DNA of 63,914 bases, filler included, from Acidimicrobiia bacterium (GTDB lineage Bacteria > Actinomycetota > Acidimicrobiia > Spongiisociales > JAENVV01): the NCBI GenBank assembly GCA_041577335.1. It is 3 parts of 3 records of this genome, joined end to end, with 100 filler letters (N's around TTAATTAATTAA, not from the genome) between each part and the next. Parts side by side here need not be neighbours in the genome. Positions count along the whole stretch, not along the records: positions 1 to 21,296 come from JBFGJH010000059.1; 2 more parts are not named here. One strand, written 5' to 3'. The notes beneath the pieces were generated by a model. That model did no database searches, was not told the DNA's origin, and saw only the letters and a list, made by a program, of their open reading frames with translations. Shown here in pieces: positions 9,584-17,979 of the stretch. The translations under genes were made by a program, and so were the position numbers. The first letter of the stretch is position 1. Each line of letters starts with the position of its first letter.

Positions 9584-9855
9584 TGCCCAAACACTCATTC
9601 GACCCTTTGTCTTTGATCTTCGCCCTGGTGTTTGGCGGAGTGGCCGTCATGGCCTTTGTCGGGCCAACCGATCAACTTGTCGATCCGCGGTGGATCGGGC
9701 CTGCGTTGCTGGTGCTGTTCGGCCTCATGCTCCTCGTGCCGTCGCAGCGGTCAAGACAACGTAGTGACCCAGAGGCGAAGGCTGGCGGGGCGGACCGAGC
9801 CGACGCTACGACCGACACCCCCGGCGAGGACGACGCCGGGCAGCGCTCAACCTGA
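9580..9855 (+). CDS. Small two-TM membrane protein of the psp operon
   Basis: HSFDPLSLIFALVF; ATGA overlap with the upstream gene. Confidence 0.7.
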   Translation: MMPKHSFDPLSLIFALVFGGVAVMAFVGPTDQLVDPRWIGPALLVLFGLMLLVPSQRSRQRSDPEAKAGGADRADATTDTPGEDDAGQRST

Positions 9856-9868
9856 TCCCTCGATCCGT

Positions 9869-10300
9869 TTACTCTATGCGAAAGACCGGATGGTCGTCGG
9901 CCACCTCGACAAAGGCCTCAACGGGTGCCTCGGCGGGAACGTCGAAGAAGTCCCCGACGATACCTTCGAGGTCGGTCAGATACTGCTTGAGCACCGGAGC
10001 GGCTTCTTCGCCCTCGACAGCCCGCGCCGCGACTTCGCGCTGGGCGTTACCACGGCGAATCGTCGCGACTGGGCGTGCTCGGATATTGTGGACCCAACCA
10101 ACCTCACCGTAGGGCGCGACCAAATACTTGTGGTTCTCCATCTCGGCGATGGTCACCGGAGTAGAACGGGGTTTTCCGGAGCGGCGACCCATCGTGGTCA
10201 GGATGTAGGTGTTGGCGGGCCCGCGGCCGCGCGAGACCATGGCTGTGACGAGCCAATTGGTGACCCTGCGCATTGCACCAACTTCATAGTCCTTTGCCAC
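9869..10300 (-). CDS. Deazaflavin (F420)-dependent nitroreductase family protein
   Basis: LTTMGRRSGKPRSTPV, WVHNIRA, HPVFRIE. Confidence 0.85.
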   Translation of the reverse strand: MAKDYEVGAMRRVTNWLVTAMVSRGRGPANTYILTTMGRRSGKPRSTPVTIAEMENHKYLVAPYGEVGWVHNIRARPVATIRRGNAQREVAARAVEGEEAAPVLKQYLTDLEGIVGDFFDVPAEAPVEAFVEVADDHPVFRIE

Positions 10301-10496
10301 CGTGCTGCCCTCCGATGTTCTTCCCTCATCAGAATGTACTCCGGGCAACCACTTTCCGCTGGAAACCTCGGGCGCCACCGATGGCTCTTCACATGACGGT
10401 CGTTTTCAAGGGCAATCGAGCCGCCGATCGAGTACCTTGCGCGGCGTCAACGAAACCGGCTCGCCGCCCGCACCCTGGGGATCCCTCGGAGGCACC

Positions 10497-11435
10497 ATGA
10501 AGCCAAGCGGAAAAGTAGTTCTCACGTGCGCTACGAGTGGAAGCGCCCACACGCCGACGATGAATTCGGACCTCCCCGTGACGATCAGCGAGATGATCGG
10601 CGACGCGGTCTCCGCCGCCGAAGCGGGGGCGGGTGTCATCCATCTCCACGCCCGAGACCCCGAAGATGGCCGTCCCACCGCCGATGTCGGCCTGTTTCGG
10701 GAGTACTGCTCGGGTATCAAGGAGCGCAGCGACGCAGTCATCTCGATCACCACCGGCGGCGCCTCCGACCAATCGGTGGAGGAACGCCTCCGGGTGATCC
10801 ACGAGCTCAAGCCGGAGCTGGCCACGTGCAACCTGGGAACGATGAACTACGGCCTCTTTCAGATGATTCCGAAATGGGAGGGGCGATGGAAGCACGAGTG
10901 GGAGGAGCCGTATCTGGAATCGACTCGTCATACGCCATTCGTGAGCCGGTTCTCGGACATCGAATACATGTTGAAGGTGCTCGCCCCCGAGACGGGCTGC
11001 AAGTTCGAGTTCGAGGCCTACGACATCGGCCATCTGTACACCCTGGCGTTCTACGCCGAGCAGGGCCTCGTGGAGCCGCCGATCTTCCTGCAGTTCGTCA
11101 TCGGGACATTGGGCGGGATCGGTGGCGACGTCGAGAACGTCTTCCACATGAAGGAAGCCGCGGTGCGCCTCTTCGGGGACGACGTGGAGTGGGGGGTCTT
11201 GGGCAGCGGACGAGCCCAGTTCGATCTCATCACCGCGGCTGCCACCCTGGGAGGCAATGTCCGGGTGGGCATGGAAGACTCCATCTACCTCCGCAAGGGC
11301 AAGCTGGCCGAATCCAATGCCGAGCAGGTGGAAAAGATCGTCCGCATTCTCGATGAGTTGTCCCGCGAGCCCCTCTCACCCGCAGAGACGCGTGAGGTGC
11401 TGGGACTCAAGGGCCTGGCCCAGGTGAGTTTCTAG
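10497..11435 (+). CDS. cdhC: Beta-keto acid cleavage enzyme (BKACE), probable dehydrocarnitine cleavage enzyme
   Basis: IHLHARDP, ITTGG, FEFEAYDIGH, NVRVGMED; adjacent to carnitine dehydrogenase. Confidence 0.8.
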   Translation: MKPSGKVVLTCATSGSAHTPTMNSDLPVTISEMIGDAVSAAEAGAGVIHLHARDPEDGRPTADVGLFREYCSGIKERSDAVISITTGGASDQSVEERLRVIHELKPELATCNLGTMNYGLFQMIPKWEGRWKHEWEEPYLESTRHTPFVSRFSDIEYMLKVLAPETGCKFEFEAYDIGHLYTLAFYAEQGLVEPPIFLQFVIGTLGGIGGDVENVFHMKEAAVRLFGDDVEWGVLGSGRAQFDLITAAATLGGNVRVGMEDSIYLRKGKLAESNAEQVEKIVRILDELSREPLSPAETREVLGLKGLAQVSF

Positions 11436-12451
11436 TGGGCGGTGACCGCCCCAGGAAACCGATTACCGGACCGTTTGGGATCGTCGGTGGAGGAGTCATC
11501 GGGTCCGGTTGGGCGGCGCGGGCGCTGTCCCGCGGATATGCGGTCGTCGCGCACGATCCGGCCCATGGAGCCGAATCGCGCATGCGTACGGCCGTCGGGC
11601 GTGCCTGGCCGGCCATCACCCAAATGGGGCTCTACCCGGGGGCGGACCCGACCGCCATCACATTCGTCGGTTCGCCCGAAGAAGTAGGTGAGGCCGCAGG
11701 TTTTGTCCAGGAGGCAGCCCCTGAGATCCTGGATGTCAAGCAAGCGGTGCTCAGGCAGATCAGCGAGGGCGCTCCACCGACAACGATGATCGCGTCGTCG
11801 ACGTCTGGGCTCCTACCTTCAGAATTGCAGCGAGCGGTGCGACACCCAGAACGCCTGGTGGTCGGGCACCCGTTCAATCCCGTGTATCTGCTGCCCCTCG
11901 TCGAGCTCGTCGGAGGAGAGCAGACCGTCCTCTCTTCTCTCACGGCTGCCGAGGAGGTGTACCGAGACCTCGATATGAAGGTCCTTCGGGTGCGCAACGA
12001 GATCGAAGGCTTTCTCTCCGATCGGCTCCAAGAGGCGCTGTGGCGGGAGATCCTGCATCTCGTCGCTGACGACGTGGCCAACACGAGCGAGCTCGACGAT
12101 GCCATCGTCTACGGCCCCGGTCTGCGCTGGGCCATCATGGGCACGAATCTCACATTTCACCTGGCGGGAGGCGAGCAAGGCATGCGCCACATGTTGGAGC
12201 AATTCGGGCCGGCGTTGGAGTGGCCGTGGACCAAGCTGGTCGCTCCTCCACTCACCGACGAACTCATCGATCGCATGGTCGATGGCACCCAACAGCAGGC
12301 AGACGGTCGATCGATCGCCGAACTCGAGCGTATTCGCGACGAGGCGCTGGTCTCGATCATGCAGGCTCTCGAAAAGGCAGATGTGGCCGCAGGCGAGATC
12401 GCCAAGCGCAGGCGTCACCGGACGATGGCCGCCAGTTCGATCGATCGGTAG
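11435..12451 (+). CDS. cdhA: L-carnitine 3-dehydrogenase
   Basis: [68 protein letters not shown]. Confidence 0.85.
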   Translation: [338 protein letters not shown]

Positions 12452-12457
12452 CGCACG

Positions 12458-13618
12458 ATGGACTTTGCGATCACGGACGAACAGCAGATGATCATCGAGA
12501 CCGTCCGGGCCTTTGTGGATCGGGAGCTAGCCCCTCACGAAGACGCCGTCGAGAAGAGCGGTGAGGTTCCACGCGAACTGGCAGAGTCCATCAAGCGCAA
12601 GGCCCTCGCCGCCGGGATCTACGCGGCCAACATGCCGACCGAACTTGGTGGCGGCGGGCTCGATGATCTGACATTGGCGATGGTGGAACGGGAGCTGGGG
12701 AAGACGTCGTATGCGCTGCAGATGATCGTGGCTCGCCCCTCCAACATCCTCCAAGCATGCGTCGGTGACCAGATCGATCGATATCTCGCCCCGGCCATCG
12801 CCGGGGACAAAGTCGATTGCCTGGCGATGTCGGAGCCGGACGCCGGATCCGACCTCCGCGGCATGAACTGCCGGGCGATACGCGACGGCAACGACTTCGT
12901 GATCACGGGCACCAAACATTTCATCAGTCACGCCGACGTCTCCGACTTTGTGATCCTGTTTGCGGCCACCGGGGAGGAGGCGACCGAACAGGGCGCCAAG
13001 AAGTTGATCACCGCGTTCTTGGTCGACCTGGGAACCCCCGGTTTCCAGGTACAGCCGGGCTACGAATCGGTCTCCCATCGTGGCTATCACAACAACATCC
13101 TCACCTTTGACGACTGCCGTGTGCCGGCCTCGCAGGTGCTCGGCGAAGTGGGTCATGGCTTCGACGTCGCCAACGAATGGCTTGGCTCCACCCGCCTTCA
13201 AGTCGCCGCCGTGTGCCTCGGACGGGCCGATCGGGCCATCGAAATCGCGACCGAATGGGCCGCAACCCGAATGCAATTCGGAGAGAAGATCGGCAAGTTT
13301 CAAGGCGTCTCGTTCAAGCTCGCCGACATGGTGACCCAACGCGAAGCTGCTGAGCTGTTGACCTACCGGGCGGCGTGGAAGTCGAATCAGGGAACCATGA
13401 CCGATACCGACGCGGCGATGGCCAAACTCGTCGCCAGCGAGATGCTGGCCTTCGTCACCGACGAAGCGATTCAGATCCTCGGCGGCATGGGGCTCATGGA
13501 CGATCTACCGCTCGAACGGATGTGGCGCGACGCCCGAGTTGAGCGCATTTGGGATGGCACGTCCGAGATTCAGCGGCACATCATTTCCCGAGCACTGCTG
13601 CGACCCCATGGCGGATAG
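12458..13618 (+). CDS. Acyl-CoA dehydrogenase, probable gamma-butyrobetainyl-CoA dehydrogenase
   Basis: AMSEPDAGSD, GTKHFISHAD, RDARVERIWDGTSEIQR; operon context. Confidence 0.8.
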   Translation: MDFAITDEQQMIIETVRAFVDRELAPHEDAVEKSGEVPRELAESIKRKALAAGIYAANMPTELGGGGLDDLTLAMVERELGKTSYALQMIVARPSNILQACVGDQIDRYLAPAIAGDKVDCLAMSEPDAGSDLRGMNCRAIRDGNDFVITGTKHFISHADVSDFVILFAATGEEATEQGAKKLITAFLVDLGTPGFQVQPGYESVSHRGYHNNILTFDDCRVPASQVLGEVGHGFDVANEWLGSTRLQVAAVCLGRADRAIEIATEWAATRMQFGEKIGKFQGVSFKLADMVTQREAAELLTYRAAWKSNQGTMTDTDAAMAKLVASEMLAFVTDEAIQILGGMGLMDDLPLERMWRDARVERIWDGTSEIQRHIISRALLRPHGG

Positions 13619-15593
13619 CCGGCTCGCTCGGCTTCTCGAACCGGCGTCGATCGCCTTTGTTGGCGGCCGGCGCGCAGAACTGGCCGAGTCGCAGGCCACG
13701 TCGTTTGGCTATTCCGGTAAGACTTGGCATGTCCACCCCGCAGGCCGCTATCCCCGCCTCGGCGACCTTCCCGAGGTACCTGACGCCGTGTTTGTCGGCG
13801 TGGCCGCCGAACCGACCATCGGCGTCGTTGCGGAAGCTGCTCGCCTTGGCGCCGGGGGCGCGGTCATCTACGCAGCGGGCTTCAGCGAGATCGGCGACGA
13901 GGGACGAGAGCGCGAGCAACGGCTCCTGTCCGCAGCGGCAGACATGCCCCTCGTCGGCCCCAATTGTCACGGCATCATCAACGCCCGCACCGGAGCCATG
14001 ATGTGGCCCGACGTCCATGGTTGTGCTCGGGTCGAGCGTGGGGTGGGGATCATCTCCCAATCAGGCAATGTGGCAATCGACCTGACCATGCAGCAACGGG
14101 GTCTTCCGATCGCCGCAGTTGTCTCTCTCGGCATACAGGCCTCGGTAGCCGCGGCCGAGTGGATCGAAGCGATGGCCGCCGATCCAACGATCACCGCGAT
14201 CGGCCTTCATCTCGAGGGGATCTTGGATTCGCTCCAATTCGCGGAAGCGTGCCGCCTGGCCCGCAGTGCAGGAAAAGAGGTCGTCATTTTGAAATCGGGG
14301 GCGAGCGAAGACGGCGCAGCCATCGCCAAGACCCATACGGCGTCACTGGCGGGCTCAGCGGCTGCTCATCGGGCGCTATTCACTCGCTGCGGGGCCATCC
14401 AGGTGGAGACTCCGGAACAACTGCTGGGGGCCCTGTCGATCGCCAATACAGGAGAGTCTGTGGTCGATGGAACGGTGGTCGCGCTCTCCTGCTCAGGCGG
14501 CGAAGCCTCGCTCATCGCTGATCTGGGCGAGGCAACCAACATCTCGTTCCCGGCCTTCTCCCCCGACACCACAGCTCGCCTCGATGGGATTCTCGAGGGT
14601 CGGGCCGCCATCACGAATCCGCTCGACTATCACACGTTCATCTGGGGCGATGCAGAGCGGCTGGAGCAGTGCTTCACGACGGCACTCGCCGACGGCGCCG
14701 AAACTGCCTTGCTGGTCATGGACTTCCCCGCACCTGGTTTGGACGACGGTGACTGGTGGCCGGCGCTCGACGCCTTCACTCGATCGGTGGCCGCTTCGGG
14801 AGTGACGGGAGTCGTGACCTCCACGTTGCCCGAGAACCTCCCCAAGGCGATCTGCGAGACCATCGCAAGCACGGGCCTGGCACCGGTGCCGGGCTTGCCA
14901 AACGCGCTCGCCGCCATCGACGCCGCCGTTGCCGCTCCCATCGGCGCCCGCCACCTCGGCCCGCCCGCCTTGACCAGTTCTACCAGCCTCGACGAAGCTG
15001 CCGCCAAGCACCTACTGGCCGCAGCCGGGTTCCCGGTACCCGTTGGACAGCCATCCCCGGCAGCCGGAGCTGCTCTGGTTGCAGACGAGGTGGGCTTTCC
15101 GGTGGTCGTGAAGTCCCTGGCGGCAACCCACCGGACAGATGTCGGCGGTGTCGCCGTCGACATCCGCAATCAGGAGGATCTCGCCGCAGCGCTGGCCGGC
15201 ATGGCGCATCTCGGGGACTCATTCCTGATTGAACGCATGGTCCCCGAGGTCGTCGGCGAGCTGCTGGTGGGGATCCGCATCGAAGCGCCGGTGGGCTGGA
15301 CGTTGACGATCGGAGCGGGCGGTGTGCTCGCCGAGCTGCTCGCTGACACCGTGACCGTGCTCCTTCCCGCTCGGAGGTCTGAAGTCGCCGAGGCAGTGAG
15401 ACAGCTCGCCATCTACCGCATACTGGCCGGGTATCGGAATCGGCCGGCAGGTGACATCACCGCCGCAGTGGAGGCCATCACGCGTATGAGCGAGCTGGCC
15501 GTCGACAGGAACATCGAGATCGAAGTCAACCCGCTACTCGTCTGCCGGCGCGGCGTTTGGATCGGCGATAGCCTCATGGAGCAATGGACGTGA
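13608..15593 (+). CDS. Acetate-CoA ligase (NDP-forming) family, probable gamma-butyrobetaine CoA ligase
   Basis: GPNCHG, SQSGN, HTASLAG, SCSGGEA, NPLDYHT, C-terminal ATP-grasp EVNPL. Confidence 0.82.
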   Translation: MADSRLARLLEPASIAFVGGRRAELAESQATSFGYSGKTWHVHPAGRYPRLGDLPEVPDAVFVGVAAEPTIGVVAEAARLGAGGAVIYAAGFSEIGDEGREREQRLLSAAADMPLVGPNCHGIINARTGAMMWPDVHGCARVERGVGIISQSGNVAIDLTMQQRGLPIAAVVSLGIQASVAAAEWIEAMAADPTITAIGLHLEGILDSLQFAEACRLARSAGKEVVILKSGASEDGAAIAKTHTASLAGSAAAHRALFTRCGAIQVETPEQLLGALSIANTGESVVDGTVVALSCSGGEASLIADLGEATNISFPAFSPDTTARLDGILEGRAAITNPLDYHTFIWGDAERLEQCFTTALADGAETALLVMDFPAPGLDDGDWWPALDAFTRSVAASGVTGVVTSTLPENLPKAICETIASTGLAPVPGLPNALAAIDAAVAAPIGARHLGPPALTSSTSLDEAAAKHLLAAAGFPVPVGQPSPAAGAALVADEVGFPVVVKSLAATHRTDVGGVAVDIRNQEDLAAALAGMAHLGDSFLIERMVPEVVGELLVGIRIEAPVGWTLTIGAGGVLAELLADTVTVLLPARRSEVAEAVRQLAIYRILAGYRNRPAGDITAAVEAITRMSELAVDRNIEIEVNPLLVCRRGVWIGDSLMEQWT

Positions 15594-16372
15594 CCCAAGA
15601 ATTCACAGCCGATTGGGCGCCGCCGATCCTCACCGTGACCATTCATCGTGGCAAAGCCAACGCCATCGATGCCGCCACGAGTCGCAAACTCGGCGAGACC
15701 TTCCAGCAGTTCCGAGACGACTCCGACTATCGGGCGGCGATCATCACCGGAAGTGGCGAACGATTCTTCTCGGCAGGCTGGGACTTGGACGCAGCTGCGT
15801 CAGGCGAGGCCTACGAATCGGACTACGGGCTTGGCGGCTTCGGCGGCTTCGCCGAGCTCCCTGAACTGAACAAGCCCGTCATCGCCGCAGTCAATGGCAT
15901 GGCAGCAGGGGGAGGATTCGAAATGATGTTGGCGGCCGATCTGGTGCTGGCCGCCGACCACGCCGAATTTCTCTTGCCGGAGGCCCGGCGCGGCATCGTG
16001 CCCGACGTTGGCTTGGTACGACTTCCCCAAATGCTCCCGCGCGTGATCGCCGTCGAGATCCTGCTCGGTAGCCGGCGCCTCACCGCCGACGAAGCCCTCC
16101 ATTTCGGGCTCGTCAACAAGGTCGTCCCAATCGACCGGCTCATGGACGAAGCCGTTGCGTTGGCCGCCACCGTCGCCGCAGCCGCCCCCCTTTCGGTCGC
16201 AGCCATCCTCGACGTGATCAGGCGCACCATCCACATGAGTCCCGAAGCCGGCCTGGCGATGATGCGGGAGGGAGCGTTCCCCTCCTACCGAGCCGCCATC
16301 GACTCCGCCGACGCAACCGAAGGCGTGAAGGCTTTCACAGAAAAGCGATCGCCGAACTGGCAGGGACGCTGA
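15584..16372 (+). CDS. Crotonobetainyl-CoA hydratase / carnitinyl-CoA dehydratase (CaiD-like)
   Basis: KANAIDAATS, FFSAGWDL, DYGLGGFGG, NGMAAGGGFE. Confidence 0.85.
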   Translation: MDVTQEFTADWAPPILTVTIHRGKANAIDAATSRKLGETFQQFRDDSDYRAAIITGSGERFFSAGWDLDAAASGEAYESDYGLGGFGGFAELPELNKPVIAAVNGMAAGGGFEMMLAADLVLAADHAEFLLPEARRGIVPDVGLVRLPQMLPRVIAVEILLGSRRLTADEALHFGLVNKVVPIDRLMDEAVALAATVAAAAPLSVAAILDVIRRTIHMSPEAGLAMMREGAFPSYRAAIDSADATEGVKAFTEKRSPNWQGR

Positions 16373-16385
16373 GCTGCGCTTCCGG

Positions 16386-17606
16386 CTAGCTGCCGAGCGC
16401 TCGGTGCAGGAAGGCTGCCATCTGACCGCGCTTCACCGGATCGCCGGGACAGAACATGTCGTTGGCAGGGGGGTTACACCCGGTGGTGATCCCGGCAGTG
16501 CCGAGCATGTCGATTTCGGTTTCGAAGGGTGACGCATCGTCGTCGATGAACAGATCGCCCCCGCCGTTGTCGGAGTATCCAAGCGCTCGGGTGAGAAACG
16601 CTGCCATCTGCCCGCGTGTGATCGCGTCGTAGGGGCTGTAGGTCGTGGCGGTGGTACCTTCGGCGATACCACGGCTATAGAGCCACTCGATATCCGACTC
16701 GAAGGATGACCCATCGTCGTCGGCGAAGTCGACAGCCGGTCGAACCTCGGGAAGCTGGGGCATGGCCCGATGGAGGAATGCCGCCATTTGCCCGCGCGTG
16801 ACGTCGTCGTAAGGGCAGAACAGATCGTTCGCGGGTGGATTGCACCCAGTGGTGATCTGTCGATCGGCCAGCCATTCGATGTCGGCTTTGAACACCGAGC
16901 CGGCGATGTCCAAAAACGCATCGCTGCCGGAGGGGATCGGGGTTGGTTCGCCGGTCCCGTAGAAGAACGCGACGAGCTGTTCCGCCTGGAAGATACTGCC
17001 GTCGACGTTGGCGTGGCAGCCGTCGGGTCCCACCAACGAAGCGTCGAGCGGGCCGACGATCGGACCGGCCAAGGCCTGGCCGGTTTGAATGAGGTGATCG
17101 GCGATGTCTTCGGCGACGTCCAGTCCGTAGGGTCCAGCCAACCAGCATTCGATGCCTTCGAAGGCGTTGTAGGGCGACACGTAGATGTTCACATTGGGCG
17201 CCAGCTCGCGCACGTGGGCGACAATCGCCTCTCCGGCGGCGAGGTCTGCGGCAGTTGCGGCGGGCTCGGCGGGCTGGCGAAGGCACAACTCGATCCAGAT
17301 GTCGGTCGTTTGCGGATGAGCACTGAGAGCCGATTTGAACTCGTCCCAGTAGATCTCATCGGGGTCCGCCCACTGGTAGAGGGCACCGCCTCCGTAGTTG
17401 CTGGTGGACTCGCGGGCCCAGAACCCGTCGGCTTCTATGTGGCCCAAGCCGGTGAAGATATCGTTGGTCTGCGAGCAACCCACCGCCCCGACCATCCCCT
17501 CCACCGCCCCAGCCGGACGTGGGTACGCCACGGTGGAAAGGACGAAGGTGAGGACGAGCATGGCGGCGAGCACCGCCCGGCGGTGCCTCGTGGGAGTGAG
17601 TTGCAT
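16386..17606 (-). CDS. Secreted protein with SGNH-like N-terminal domain and three SLH repeats
   Basis: Signal peptide; VGCSQT and DGCH motifs; three (T/K)RGQMAAFL SLH repeats. Confidence 0.8.
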   Translation of the reverse strand: MQLTPTRHRRAVLAAMLVLTFVLSTVAYPRPAGAVEGMVGAVGCSQTNDIFTGLGHIEADGFWARESTSNYGGGALYQWADPDEIYWDEFKSALSAHPQTTDIWIELCLRQPAEPAATAADLAAGEAIVAHVRELAPNVNIYVSPYNAFEGIECWLAGPYGLDVAEDIADHLIQTGQALAGPIVGPLDASLVGPDGCHANVDGSIFQAEQLVAFFYGTGEPTPIPSGSDAFLDIAGSVFKADIEWLADRQITTGCNPPANDLFCPYDDVTRGQMAAFLHRAMPQLPEVRPAVDFADDDGSSFESDIEWLYSRGIAEGTTATTYSPYDAITRGQMAAFLTRALGYSDNGGGDLFIDDDASPFETEIDMLGTAGITTGCNPPANDMFCPGDPVKRGQMAAFLHRALGS

Positions 17607-17769
17607 CGGAGTGAACCTGACTCGGGGGGCGAACGACAAGAGAGTTTCCCTGTCTGCGATACCGTACCGGTTGCCGATTTCGCTCTCCCCAAGAAATGGT
17701 TAATGGCGCGTAAATCGTGCTAATCGCTCTCAGTGACAGTAACTACGCACGGCGGTCGATCTGTCCGAT

Positions 17770-17947
17770 GCTGGCCTTTCGCTGGGCTTCTGTTACCGTT
17801 ACACGTGGCCGCACCGGGTGGAGGCCAGCGCAACGTCGCTTCCCCGGTGATCACACGGCAGTATTTCTCACCGGTTGGACCGCCTCTTCGGCCGATACTC
17901 GACGAACCACGGCCTTGTTACCGCGCGGTCGAGCGAGATCGGTCCAA
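17770..17947 (+). promoter_or_regulatory. Putative structured 5' leader of the DEAD-box helicase
   Basis: Pairings 17770-77/17822-29, 17812-18/17843-49, 17875-82/17940-47, 17898-903/17928-33. Confidence 0.45.
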
Positions 17948-17979
17948 TCACAACGACGGCCTCCGGGCCAGGAGAAATC

